From: an uncultured Gemmatimonadaceae bacterium
Lineage (GTDB): Bacteria > Gemmatimonadota > Gemmatimonadetes > Gemmatimonadales > Gemmatimonadaceae
Length of the DNA: 64,000 nucleotides
Assembly: GCA_963761305.1 (NCBI GenBank)
Contig: CAVXGK010000002.1
Span: forward strand, 32,001 to 96,000
Direction: 5' to 3'
The stretch's first letter is position 1. Each line of letters begins with the position of its first letter. Positions 48,014 to 57,347 of the stretch are shown in pieces. A program made the position numbers and the translations under genes. The notes under the pieces were generated by a model. It was given only the letters and a program-made list of their open reading frames with translations, did no database searches and had not been told where the DNA came from.

Positions 48014-50650
48014 TCACGACTCTCGGAGTGCCGCCATCGGTGTTTCCGCGAATACGTCGCGCCCCGTGAGCAACCCGATCGCCACGGCGAGTCCGATCAT
48101 CGCCGTCGCGACGAGTGTCGCCGCCCCGAACGCCGGCAGGAACGACATTCGGAAGATCACGCGCATCAGTCCCCACGCGGCCAGTGTCGAGAGCAGCACG
48201 CCGGTCAACGCGCCGAGTGTGCCGAGCAGCGCGTACTCGGCGAGCATGATGCGCACGATCTGATTTCGCGTTGCGCCCAGCGTCTTGAGGAGGACGCCCT
48301 CGCGCAACCGGTCGCGGCGCGTCGCCGCGACGGCGCTGAAGAGCACCGGGATCGCGAGGCCGAGGCTGATCAGCGCGAGGAACCGCACGGCCATCGTGAC
48401 CTTTCCGAGCACGCTCGCAACGGTGCGCTGAACGAGCGTGAGGTCGAGGCTCGAGATGCTCGGGAAGCGCGAGACCACGTCGCGTTGCAAGTGCGCGATG
48501 GCCGTCGGCGTGGACGCGTGCACGAGAATCGCGAACTGCTTCGGTGCGGCGGCGAGCGACTTGGGGTCGAACACCGCGAAGAAGTTCGGCGCGAACGTCT
48601 GCCACTGCACCGCTCGGAGGCTCGTGACGAGCGTCGGAATCAGAACGCCCTGCACGTTCCAGGTGATCGTGTCGCGCAGGCCGACGCCCAATTCCGCGGC
48701 GAGGCTCGAGTCGAGTGACACCTCGCCGAGATCGCCGGTGTTCGACGCGCCGAACCACTTGCCCGACACGAGACGCTCGGACGCGGTGAGCGAGTCGCGA
48801 AACGTCGAGCGGAATTCGCGGCGAAACGCCCACGGTCCTCGGCGGTCGCGCACGATTCCGCCGCGTCCCGCGCGGCCCCTTCCGTCGCGTCCGCCTTGGC
48901 CGCCGGCGACCCGCGCCGAATCGCGTGTGCGGCGTTCCTTGTCGATCTCCTCGGCGATGGCGGCGGCCGACTTCCCGTTGATGGATGCGATGCGCATCGC
49001 GATGATCGGCGTCTCGTCGATCAGCTCTTCGTGCGCGGCGTGAATCACGGAATCGATTCCCGCCTGCTGATTCTCCTGCACGTCGAAGAACACGACGTTG
49101 GCGCGCGCTTCGCCGATGCGCAGGCCGAGCGAGCGGAGGATGTTGTACTGCACCTGGTACAGCGTGCCCATGAGAAACACGCCGAAGCCGAGCGCGAGCA
49201 CGACGGCGCGCGTCTGATTGCCGGGGCGGTACAGACTCGCGATTCCCTGTCGCAGCGGGAAGGGCCACGACGGTCGAATCAATCGTCGCGCGGCCCACGA
49301 CAGCCCCGCGGCGCTCAACCAGAGAATTCCAATCGCGCCCGCGATGGCGAACGTGAAGCCGACGCCTCGGCGCGGCGTGTTCGCGCGGCTCAGGCCGAGC
49401 GCCAGCACGCTGGCGGCGATGGCGAGCGACAAGGCGATGCGGAGCGGATCCCACCGCGCGCGTCGCAGCGCGTCGGCATCCGGCTCGCGTCGCAACGCCT
49501 GCAACGGCGACACTCGGCGGAGCGCGACGAGCGGACGCAGCGCGAAGAGCAGTGCGACCCACACGCCGATCGCCAGCCCGAGAAGAATCGGGCGCGGCGC
49601 GAGATGCAGATCGACGTCGACCGGCAGGAAGTCGTGCAGCACCAGCGGCATGGCGAACTGAATGACGAGTCCGAACAGCACGCCCGCCGCCGCGCCGACG
49701 AAACCCATCACGCCGGCCTGCATCCCGTAGATCGCCAGCACCTGCCAACTCGTCGCGCCGACGCAGCGGAGGATCGCCACGGGATCGATCTTGCTCATCA
49801 CGAAGGCGTGCACGCCGCTCGCGACGCCGATGCCGCCGAGGAGGAGCGCGATGAGTCCAACGATGGCGAGATAGTCGTGCAGCTGATCGATCGCGCTGGC
49901 GAGCCGTGATTCATTGTAGCCCGCGCTCTCCACCGATCCGTTGCCGGCCGACAACCGCTTGCCGAACGTCTTGATGAACGCATCGCTCGTCAGACTCGCC
50001 GGAAGCCTGAACAGCGTTTCGTAGTCGGCGCGGCTGCCGAACACGACGAGGCCCGTCGCGGGCACGTATCGCTCGGGGATGTAGACGCGCGGCCCGATCG
50101 CCGCCGAGATGCCGACGTCGCCCGGCACGCTCACCAACGTTCCCGTGATGAGGAACTTCGCCCTGCCCAGCGTGAGCGTATCGCCAACACGCGCGTCGAG
50201 GGATACCAGGAGCGCGGGATCGACCACCGCATTCGGGCCGGTCGTGATCTGACTCCACGCGGCCGCCGGGTCGCTCACGATGCTGCCGTAGAACGGATAC
50301 CCGGCGCTCACCGCGTGTACCTGCACCAGCCGCGTGCCGCCGCTGCGTGGCACGAGCGCCATGGAGTTGAAGCCGGTCGACGTGACGTTGGCGATGCCGG
50401 CGCGGGCGAGCGAGTCGGCGAGCGAATCGATCGCCGGTGGGCGGGGTGAATTGCGCCGTGCCGCGACGTCGCCGCCGAGGAGCGCGCGCGACTGCTCGTG
50501 TACGGAGCGAATCGTGTTCTCGGAGAACGAGTCGATCGCGACGAGCGCCGCGACGCCCAGCGAGATCGACGACATGTAGAGCAGCAATCGACGACGCGCC
50601 GTGCGGCTCTCGCGCCAGGCGAGCGCGAGGAGTTGTCGCGTCGCGGCCAT
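48014..50650 (-). CDS. YbbP-like FtsX-family ABC permease
   Basis: LAWRESR...RRLLL, LLGGD, two FtsX-type TM blocks and LLKTLGA. Confidence 0.9.
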   Translation of the reverse strand: MAATRQLLALAWRESRTARRRLLLYMSSISLGVAALVAIDSFSENTIRSVHEQSRALLGGDVAARRNSPRPPAIDSLADSLARAGIANVTSTGFNSMALVPRSGGTRLVQVHAVSAGYPFYGSIVSDPAAAWSQITTGPNAVVDPALLVSLDARVGDTLTLGRAKFLITGTLVSVPGDVGISAAIGPRVYIPERYVPATGLVVFGSRADYETLFRLPASLTSDAFIKTFGKRLSAGNGSVESAGYNESRLASAIDQLHDYLAIVGLIALLLGGIGVASGVHAFVMSKIDPVAILRCVGATSWQVLAIYGMQAGVMGFVGAAAGVLFGLVIQFAMPLVLHDFLPVDVDLHLAPRPILLGLAIGVWVALLFALRPLVALRRVSPLQALRREPDADALRRARWDPLRIALSLAIAASVLALGLSRANTPRRGVGFTFAIAGAIGILWLSAAGLSWAARRLIRPSWPFPLRQGIASLYRPGNQTRAVVLALGFGVFLMGTLYQVQYNILRSLGLRIGEARANVVFFDVQENQQAGIDSVIHAAHEELIDETPIIAMRIASINGKSAAAIAEEIDKERRTRDSARVAGGQGGRDGRGRAGRGGIVRDRRGPWAFRREFRSTFRDSLTASERLVSGKWFGASNTGDLGEVSLDSSLAAELGVGLRDTITWNVQGVLIPTLVTSLRAVQWQTFAPNFFAVFDPKSLAAAPKQFAILVHASTPTAIAHLQRDVVSRFPSISSLDLTLVQRTVASVLGKVTMAVRFLALISLGLAIPVLFSAVAATRRDRLREGVLLKTLGATRNQIVRIMLAEYALLGTLGALTGVLLSTLAAWGLMRVIFRMSFLPAFGAATLVATAMIGLAVAIGLLTGRDVFAETPMAALRES

Positions 50651-51333
50651 CAGGCGGCTCGTTCGGTCGGCGAATCGGAAACAACGCGGCCGTCGCTCAA
50701 CCGGATCACGCGCTGCGCGCGCGATGCCAGCGCGTGGTCGTGCGTCACGAGCACCACGGTCGCATTGGATTCGCGATTCAACGCCTCCAGCAGCTCGACG
50801 ATGCGTCCGCCCGTGTCGCTGTCGAGATTGCCGGTCGGCTCGTCGGCGAACAGAATGCGCGGCGCGTTGGAGAACGCGCGGGCAATCGCGACGCGTTGCT
50901 GCTCGCCGCCGGAAAGCTGCATTGGAAAGTGGTGGAGGCGATCGCCGAGCCCGACGCGTCGCAGCAGGTCGCCGGCGCGATCGGCGGCGCCGGACTCGCC
51001 GCGCAGCTCGAGCGGCACCTGCACGTTCTCGAGCGCCGTGAGCGTGGGAAGCAGCTGGAAGCTCTGAAAGACGAAGCCGACCTTTTGGCCGCGCAACTTG
51101 GCGCGTCCGTCTTCGCTGAGCGCCGTGAGGTCGGCGTCGTCGAGGAGCACCTGACCGCGCGTCGGGGTATCAAGTCCGGCGAGCAGACCGAGCAGTGTGG
51201 TCTTGCCGCTTCCGGATGGCCCGACGATCGCGACGAACGAGCCCTGCGGGATGCTGAACGACACGTCGCGCAGTACCGCCAATGTGTTGTCGCCGCTGCG
51301 ATATTCTTTCGTGAGATCCCGGGCAAGGAGCAT
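50650..51333 (-). CDS. YbbA-like ABC ATP-binding protein
   Basis: GPSGSGKT, LSGGEQQR, ADEPTGNLD and VTHD. Confidence 0.95.
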   Translation of the reverse strand: MLLARDLTKEYRSGDNTLAVLRDVSFSIPQGSFVAIVGPSGSGKTTLLGLLAGLDTPTRGQVLLDDADLTALSEDGRAKLRGQKVGFVFQSFQLLPTLTALENVQVPLELRGESGAADRAGDLLRRVGLGDRLHHFPMQLSGGEQQRVAIARAFSNAPRILFADEPTGNLDSDTGGRIVELLEALNRESNATVVLVTHDHALASRAQRVIRLSDGRVVSDSPTERAA

Positions 51334-51338
51334 GTCGC

Positions 51339-52118
51339 GTGAGGTCAGGCGAGAGGAGAAGTGAGTTGTGGCGAAGCGCTCGCCGACTGGTCATGGCCGC
51401 GTTCGGCGTGGCGTCGGTGGGGGCCTGCGGACGCGACCGCACCACCGCCGGTGCGACGGTCGTGCGCGCTGACTCATCGCCCCGTACGGAATCTAGAGCC
51501 GCACAGTTGCGAGACGCGCCCGCTGTGGCGCAGTCGGACGGCGACGTGCAGAAGCGATCGACGATCGTCTTCGCCGGGACGAGCCTCACGGCGGGACTCG
51601 GCCTCGACCCCGACAGCGCGTACCCGACGCTGATTCAGCGAAAGATCGATTCGGCGGGACTGCGGTTTCAGGTTGTGAATGCCGGTGTGAGCGGCGAGAC
51701 GTCGTCGGGTTTGCTCGACCGGTTGAACTGGCTGCTCCGCGGCACGTTCGACGTCTTCGTGATCGAGACCGGAGCGAATGACGGACTCCGCGGGATTCCG
51801 ACGGCGACCCTCCGCTCCAACCTCGAGGCGGCGGTGGATCGGGTGAAGGCCACGCGCCCCGGGGCGACGATCGTGCTCATTCAAATGGAAGCGCTGCCGA
51901 ATCTTGGGGCAAAGTACACGTCGGATTTTCACGCCGTATATCCGACGGTGGCGCGCGAAAAAGGAGTGACGCTGCTGCCGTTTCTCCTCGACGGGGTGGC
52001 CGGGCGCCGCGGGCTCAACCAAGGCGACGGAGTGCACCCGAACAACGTCGGGGAGCGGATCGTGGCGGCGAACGTTTGGCGCGGCCTGGAGCCGGTTCTG
52101 GAGGCCCGGACAAAGTAG
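51339..52118 (+). CDS. TesA-like SGNH arylesterase
   Basis: GTSLTAG, NAGVSGET, GAND and DGVHPN. Divergent from the ybbA-like gene as in E. coli. Alternative start at 51393. Confidence 0.9.
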   Translation: MRSGERRSELWRSARRLVMAAFGVASVGACGRDRTTAGATVVRADSSPRTESRAAQLRDAPAVAQSDGDVQKRSTIVFAGTSLTAGLGLDPDSAYPTLIQRKIDSAGLRFQVVNAGVSGETSSGLLDRLNWLLRGTFDVFVIETGANDGLRGIPTATLRSNLEAAVDRVKATRPGATIVLIQMEALPNLGAKYTSDFHAVYPTVAREKGVTLLPFLLDGVAGRRGLNQGDGVHPNNVGERIVAANVWRGLEPVLEARTK

Positions 52119-52132
52119 ATTTGCGCCCCTCG

Positions 52133-52161
52133 TTGACTGCCTCGCTTCGACACGATAAGTT
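52133..52161 (+). promoter_or_regulatory. Putative sigma70 promoter of efp
   Basis: TTGACT-N17-TAAGTT. Confidence 0.6.
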
Positions 52162-52206
52162 TAACGGCTGTCTACGTTTAGACCTCAGATTTCACGAGTG
52201 ATCGAT

Positions 52207-52770
52207 ATGGCAATTCCGGCGACGCAAATCCGGCGAGGCATGGTGCTCGTTTTCGAGGGCGATCCGTGTCGCGTCATCGAATTCCGGCATCATACGCCGG
52301 GCAATCTGCGCGCAATGGTGCAGGCCAAGCTCAAGAACCTTCGAACGGGTTCGAACTTCGAGCATCGGTTCCGCGCCGCGGACTCGATCGACCCGGCCTC
52401 GATGGAGACGCACGATCTGGAGTTCCTCTATCAGGGCGGCGACACGTATCACTTCATGAACACGGAGAATTACGACCAGCTGGAGATGGACGAGGAGACG
52501 CTGGGCGACAACGCGCAGTGGATGCAGCCGAACATGAAGATCCAGGCCGAGTACTACGATGGACGTCCGGTCGGGATCAAGCTGCCGAACTCGCTGGTGC
52601 TCGAGGTCGTCGATACGGCGCCGGTCATGAAGACGGCGACGAAGACGGCCTCGACAAAGCCGGCCAAGCTGGAGAACGGTGTCACGATCAACGTGCCCGA
52701 GTTCGTGGGCACGGGCGACAAGGTGAAGGTGAATCCGTCGACGGGTGAGTATCAGGAGCGGGCGAAGTGA
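52207..52770 (+). CDS. efp: Elongation factor P
   Basis: KLKNLRTG...F, FMN.ENYDQ, KPAKLENG...VPEFV..GDKVKV and TGEY.ER. Loop sequence TPGNLRA. Confidence 0.97.
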   Translation: MAIPATQIRRGMVLVFEGDPCRVIEFRHHTPGNLRAMVQAKLKNLRTGSNFEHRFRAADSIDPASMETHDLEFLYQGGDTYHFMNTENYDQLEMDEETLGDNAQWMQPNMKIQAEYYDGRPVGIKLPNSLVLEVVDTAPVMKTATKTASTKPAKLENGVTINVPEFVGTGDKVKVNPSTGEYQERAK

Positions 52771-52788
52771 CAGCCGGCTGCGCGCTGA

Positions 52789-52817
52789 TTGATCGGCACC
52801 GAAGCGCGGATTAAACT
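52789..52817 (+). promoter_or_regulatory. Putative sigma70 promoter of the tRNA cluster
   Basis: TTGATC-N17-TAAACT, 45 nt upstream of tRNA-His. Confidence 0.55.
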
Positions 52818-52862
52818 GAAGGTTTGCGGTAGGTTGTACGGCCGTGCGGGGAAGGACCCGAT

Positions 52863-52937
52863 GGTGACTGTAGCTCAATCGGTTAGAGCACCGGACTGTG
52901 GCTCCGGGGGTTGCGGGTTCAATTCCCGTCAGTCACC
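52863..52937 (+). tRNA. tRNA-His(GTG) with encoded G-1
   Basis: Acceptor GTGACTG/CAGTCAC; anticodon arm CCGGA-CTGTGGC-TCCGG; GGTTCAATTCC. Confidence 0.97.
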
Positions 52938-52979
52938 CTGCGGCGGTCGCCGAGGCGAGGCGGCGCGGGAATTGGAGTT

Positions 52980-53052
52980 AGGTCGGTAGCTCAACTGGTA
53001 GAGCACTGGTCTCCAAAACCAGCGGTTGGGGGTTCAAGTCCCTCCCGGCCTG
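52980..53052 (+). tRNA. tRNA-Trp(CCA)
   Basis: AGGTCGG/CCGGCCT; CTGGT-CTCCAAA-ACCAG. Confidence 0.97.
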
Positions 53053-53169
53053 TGAGAGCAAAAGGGCACGTGGACGAGTTAGGGGAAGTGTGCGGGCGGA
53101 CACTGTAGGCGTCAGCGACGGGCGGCAGCATCAGTGGGAAGGCGGCAACGAGCGAGAAGCAAGTCCTAG

Positions 53170-53242
53170 GGCGGTATCGTCTAGGGGACTAGGACGGGGC
53201 CCTCTCAAGGCCCAAACACGGGTTCGAATCCCGTTACCGCTA
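53170..53242 (+). tRNA. tRNA-Glu(CTC)
   Basis: GGCGGTA/TACCGCT; GGGCC-CTCTCAA-GGCCC. Confidence 0.96.
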
Positions 53243-53291
53243 TTGGAAGTTGTGGTATGAGATGGTTGGAACAGGTGGTTCGCGTCGACCT

Positions 53292-53363
53292 GGCCCGTTC
53301 GTCTATCGGTTAGGACGGCACCCTTTCACGGTGCAGAGAGGGGTTCGATTCCCCTACGGGCTA
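53292..53363 (+). tRNA. tRNA-Glu(TTC)
   Basis: GGCCCGT/ACGGGCT; GCACC-CTTTCAC-GGTGC. Confidence 0.97.
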
Positions 53364-53370
53364 TCGAACG

Positions 53371-53467
53371 CAGGTGGGCAGGCGGACAGCAGGCGATGAA
53401 AGGGATTGGAGAGTTGGCGCGAGGCGCGGGTGTAGGTCCACCCGTCACCCCGTCCACCTGTCCACCC
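53371..53467. repeat. Inverted 8-mer arrays (GGTGGAC / GTCCACC family) between tRNA-Glu and tRNA-Asp
   Basis: caggtgggcaggcggacag ... gtccacccgtcaccccgtccacctgtccaccc. Confidence 0.65.
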
Positions 53468-53475
53468 GAAGTTCA

Positions 53476-53550
53476 GGGGGCGTAGCTCAGTTTGGTTAGA
53501 GCACTCGACTGTCACTCGAGAGGTCGCGGGTTCGAGCCCCGTCGCTCCCG
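53476..53550 (+). tRNA. tRNA-Asp(GTC)
   Basis: GGGGGCG/CGCTCCC; CTCGA-CTGTCAC-TCGAG. Confidence 0.97.
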
Positions 53551-53633
53551 TGTTGGACAGCTAAGGCGAAAGTTGGAATTCGAAATTCCGATTCTCTGAT
53601 AGCTGAAATGTGGTTGATGGTCGCACGTGGAAT

Positions 53634-53715
53634 GCCCTGGTGGTGAAATTGGTAGACACGCCATCTTGAGGGGGTGGTGCCGCAAGGCGTCACGGTTCGA
53701 GTCCGTGCCAGGGCA
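53634..53715 (+). tRNA. tRNA-Leu(GAG)
   Basis: GCCCTGG/CCAGGGC; CCATC-TTGAGGG-GGTGG; long variable arm. Confidence 0.97.
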
Positions 53716-53747
53716 TGCAGCACAGTCGTCCTAGAGTCGAGAACGTC

Positions 53748-53819
53748 GCCAGCGTAGCTCAGTGGTAGAGCACTCGATTCGTAATCGAGCGGTCGTCGGT
53801 TCAATCCCGACCGCTGGCT
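53748..53819 (+). tRNA. tRNA-Thr(CGT)
   Basis: GCCAGCG/CGCTGGC; CTCGA-TTCGTAA-TCGAG. Confidence 0.97.
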
Positions 53820-53846
53820 CTGAAAACCAGCACATCAGCACGGTCG

Positions 53847-53873
53847 GCGCCGCGATGAGCGGCGCTTTTGTTT
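53847..53873 (+). terminator. Rho-independent terminator of the tRNA cluster
   Basis: GCGCCGC-gatga-GCGGCGC-TTTTGTTT. Confidence 0.8.
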
Positions 53874-54007
53874 GGCCATCGATTGCCGGCTCTGGCTTCG
53901 ATCGAGGGAGAGAAAGCGTTCAATTCTTCCCGCCCGGCGACAGAACGCAGCCTCGGCGCACCATGTCGGACTCGAGTGCGGAGTGCGGTGCGCGGCTTCC
54001 GCCGAGT

Positions 54008-55366
54008 TCAGCGCTCCGACGCGACCGGTTGTTTCAGCAAATGCTCGACGTAATCGCCGATGCGTTTGGTGTTGCCCTGATCCCAGCCGGTGACGATCTG
54101 TCGAATCGTCCCCGCACGATCGAGGATGATGATCTGCGGAATGCCACCGACGCGATAGGCGGCATCCACGGCCGGCTCCTGATTGCCGGTCGGGCGCGGG
54201 CTGATGGCGATGCGGAACGGAAGTGCGTGCTCCTGCGTGTAGTACACGCGATCGGCTTCCACTTCCTGCTCGGGCGACAACGGGCGCTGGAGCCCGAGGT
54301 AGCCGTACAGCTCCGTCACCATCACGCCCTCGAATGCCTGTCCCTTGAAGCGCTCCGCCAACGCGCGAAGGCCGGGGTAGCTGTTCTTGCAGGGCACACA
54401 CCAGTGCGCGGTGAACTCGACGAGATGCACCTTGCCGTCGCCCGGTTGTATCGGTGACGTCGACGTGCCGGAGTTGAGCCACCAAGTGCCGGTCACCTGC
54501 GGGGCCTTGGTGCCGATCAGCGCGTAACGATTTCGGAAATCGGCGAAGCGCGCGGTCGTCTGCTCCGCACCGAGCTCTTTCTCGGCGCCATCGAGAATCG
54601 CGAGCGCGGAATCGGGTTGCAGGCGGTCCGCGGCCGAACGGGCGAGGGACTCGAAGCCCATGATCATCGCGCCCGGCTTGCCGAGCCGCCGGCCGAGGGC
54701 GATGAGCGCGGTGGCGTGGACGCGCAGCCCTTCGTTGACGTCGAGATACTCGTACCGGCCGAGCAGCGTTTGATGCGCGCTCAGCTTGAGGTCGGCGAGC
54801 GAGTCCGGCAGCGCGTCGATCTGTTTCGCGACATGCTCAGCGCCGTCGAGGATTCCGAAATGGTCTCTCGCCGCGCCGATTTCCTGGCCGAGCGCGTCGA
54901 GGAGCGTTTGGCCGTGCTGTCGCGGCGAGAGATCGGCGGCGGCGAGCGCGCGCTCCGACGCGCGACGACGATTCGCCGTGTCGCCGATGAACGTGTAGAG
55001 ACTCACGAGGTCCGACAGCTGCGACGTCGGCGTTTTCTCGACGCTGAACTTCGCCGCGCATTCTTTCGCCGACCGGACGGCTTCGGCATTCACGGTGGCG
55101 TACACGCGTTGATAGATGCTCACGGCGCTGTCGCGCGCCTCGGGGCTCGCGCTTCGAACGGCGGTCGCCGCGGGCGTCATCTGAGCGACGCGCCAGTCGT
55201 TGAGTCCCTTGACGCAATCGCCGGGCGTCTTCGCGTCCACGGTCGGCGCCTTCGCCGCTGCCGGCGTCTGCGCCGAGGCGGCGAGCGGCAACGAAAGGAG
55301 CAGTGCGGCGACGGTCGTCGAGTGCATGCGCGTCATCGGTGCCTCGCGTCGTTCATTGTGCGGCAC
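54008..55366 (-). CDS. Secreted TlpA-like thiol-disulfide oxidoreductase with helical N-terminal region
   Basis: LVEFTAHWCVPC and GIPQIIILDRAG.IR, with a signal peptide. Confidence 0.88.
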   Translation of the reverse strand: MPHNERREAPMTRMHSTTVAALLLSLPLAASAQTPAAAKAPTVDAKTPGDCVKGLNDWRVAQMTPAATAVRSASPEARDSAVSIYQRVYATVNAEAVRSAKECAAKFSVEKTPTSQLSDLVSLYTFIGDTANRRRASERALAAADLSPRQHGQTLLDALGQEIGAARDHFGILDGAEHVAKQIDALPDSLADLKLSAHQTLLGRYEYLDVNEGLRVHATALIALGRRLGKPGAMIMGFESLARSAADRLQPDSALAILDGAEKELGAEQTTARFADFRNRYALIGTKAPQVTGTWWLNSGTSTSPIQPGDGKVHLVEFTAHWCVPCKNSYPGLRALAERFKGQAFEGVMVTELYGYLGLQRPLSPEQEVEADRVYYTQEHALPFRIAISPRPTGNQEPAVDAAYRVGGIPQIIILDRAGTIRQIVTGWDQGNTKRIGDYVEHLLKQPVASER

Positions 55367-57266
55367 GCGCCCCGGCGAGGAACCGGACGAATTCGCTCGC
55401 GTCGCGTGTCATGCCGAGAAACGTCGCCAACGGCTTGCCGGCGGAGTCGACGACGGCGTACAGCGGGAGCGCCACGGTCTGAAATCGGTCGCGCTCGAAG
55501 ATCTGCTGCTGTCGGTCCACGTCGCCGCGTCCGTCGGTGAACAGGCGAACGCGGACGAACTGCGAGAGCTCGCGCTCGACCTCCGGCCGCGGGAACATGT
55601 TCGCTTCCATCCACCGGCAATTAGTACAGGTATATCCAGTAAAGTCGATGAGAACAAGCTTACGCTGTGAGCGCGCGGCTTGCAGGCCGTGGTCGAGGTC
55701 GTCGAGCACCCAGCTCAGTTCGCTCCCCGACGCGACACCTGTCGCGGCGTGACCGGCGGGTGGCAAGAACGACTCGAGTTCTCCGAGGCGGGCGCCGGTG
55801 AGGCCGGAGGCGACGAACGCCGTCGCGCCGAGCGCGAGCACGCCGGGAACAGGGCGCCACGGCGCGTGTCGAGCGAAGGCCGGCCGCTTGAACCGCAAAC
55901 CGAATAGGTACGCGGCGAGCAAGGCGAAGATCACCGCCCACAGCGCGACGACAACCTGGCGAGTGAACACCCCCCATCCCTCGACGAGGTCGGCGTTGCT
56001 CAGGAACTTGAGCGCCGCTGCCAACTCGATGAATCCGAGCGCGCCCTTCATGGTCGCCAGCCACTCGCCGCTCCTCGGAAGCCGCGACAACGAACGCGGG
56101 ACGAGAGCGAGCACGAGGAAGGGAAGCGCGAACACCGACGAGAAGGCCAGGAGTCCCGCCGCCGGCCAGCGCCAGTCGCCTTGGGTCGCCGACACGAGCA
56201 GCGTTCCCACGAACGGCGCCGTGCAGGTGAACGTCGTCACGGCGAAGGTCGCGCCCATGAGAAGGCTCGTGGCTACTCTCCCGAACCGTGTGCCGTCCGC
56301 CGCCGCCGACATCCAGTTGACGAGTCGCGGCGGCAGCGCGACATGCAGTACGCCGAACAGGCTGAGCGCGAAGGCGATGAAGAGCGCGCCGATCGCGAGG
56401 TTGAGCACGGGATTGGCCGCGAGCCGGCTGAGTCCCGCGATTCCCATCACCGCGGAGAGACCGACGCCGAGTCCCGTGAACGCCGTGACGATGCCGCCGG
56501 CGTACAGCACCGCATCACCGATCGCCGCGCCACGGGTACCGCGATCGGCTCGGCTGAAATACGAGATGGTGATCGGCACCATCGGAAACACACAGGGCGT
56601 GAGCAGCGACAGCGCGCCCATCGTTCCAGCGAGCCACAAGAAGAGAACGAACGACTCGGCGCCCGAGTGGGATTGCAGCGGCGAGGCGGCTGCGTCCGAC
56701 GGGGTAGCTCCAAAGGTCGCCTGTGTCGGCGTGTTGAGTGGCGCGTTCGACCCGCCACCGCGCGCCACCGCCGAACTGCTTACAACGACCGAAACGTGAA
56801 CCGTGTCTTCGGTCGGCGGCAGGCAATAGCGGTCGTTGCACGTTTGATAGCCGACGCGCACGTCGACGCGTGCCTTTCCCGGGAGCGCCGGCGACGCGAT
56901 TCGCACCGGCACGCGGAACGAGACGGAGTCGTGGTACCACTCGGTCTGAATTCCGAAGTTCGGATCGAGCGCGATCGTGGGCATCGGCGAGCCAATCGTT
57001 CCGCCCAACGCGGCGAGCGACGCCGGTCCGACGCCGATCGTCGTCGCGATCGGTCCGCCGGGCGGTTCGGTGAGGCTGTACAGATGCCAGCCGACCGGAA
57101 TCGTCGAGTGGATCTCGACCGCGATTGTGTCTCCGTCGCGCACGGGCACGTTCTTCGGAGAACGCAACGCGAACTGGATCGGGTGCTCCTGCGCGACGAG
57201 CGGCGAACCGAGGGCCGCGAGCGACAAGCCGCCCCATCCGATGAATGCCGCCGTGTGCAGTCGCAT
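55353..57266 (-). CDS. dsbD: Thiol:disulfide interchange protein DsbD
   Basis: GWHLYS and YQTCNDRYCLPP (alpha), TPCVFPMVP and FTCTAP (beta), DFTGYTCTNC (gamma). ORF open to 57329. Confidence 0.88.
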   Translation of the reverse strand: MRLHTAAFIGWGGLSLAALGSPLVAQEHPIQFALRSPKNVPVRDGDTIAVEIHSTIPVGWHLYSLTEPPGGPIATTIGVGPASLAALGGTIGSPMPTIALDPNFGIQTEWYHDSVSFRVPVRIASPALPGKARVDVRVGYQTCNDRYCLPPTEDTVHVSVVVSSSAVARGGGSNAPLNTPTQATFGATPSDAAASPLQSHSGAESFVLFLWLAGTMGALSLLTPCVFPMVPITISYFSRADRGTRGAAIGDAVLYAGGIVTAFTGLGVGLSAVMGIAGLSRLAANPVLNLAIGALFIAFALSLFGVLHVALPPRLVNWMSAAADGTRFGRVATSLLMGATFAVTTFTCTAPFVGTLLVSATQGDWRWPAAGLLAFSSVFALPFLVLALVPRSLSRLPRSGEWLATMKGALGFIELAAALKFLSNADLVEGWGVFTRQVVVALWAVIFALLAAYLFGLRFKRPAFARHAPWRPVPGVLALGATAFVASGLTGARLGELESFLPPAGHAATGVASGSELSWVLDDLDHGLQAARSQRKLVLIDFTGYTCTNCRWMEANMFPRPEVERELSQFVRVRLFTDGRGDVDRQQQIFERDRFQTVALPLYAVVDSAGKPLATFLGMTRDASEFVRFLAGARAAQ

Positions 57267-57347
57267 TCTTGAAACCTGTCCTGGTCGCCGTGTGATCCGC
57301 CACCGTCTACGGCTTGACGGACCCGCCATCGGAACTCGACAGGCGTG

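Noticed and set aside
52863..53873. Integrated island at a tRNA 3' end
   Set aside because: No integrase and no duplicated tRNA 3' end found. A terminator follows tRNA-Thr.
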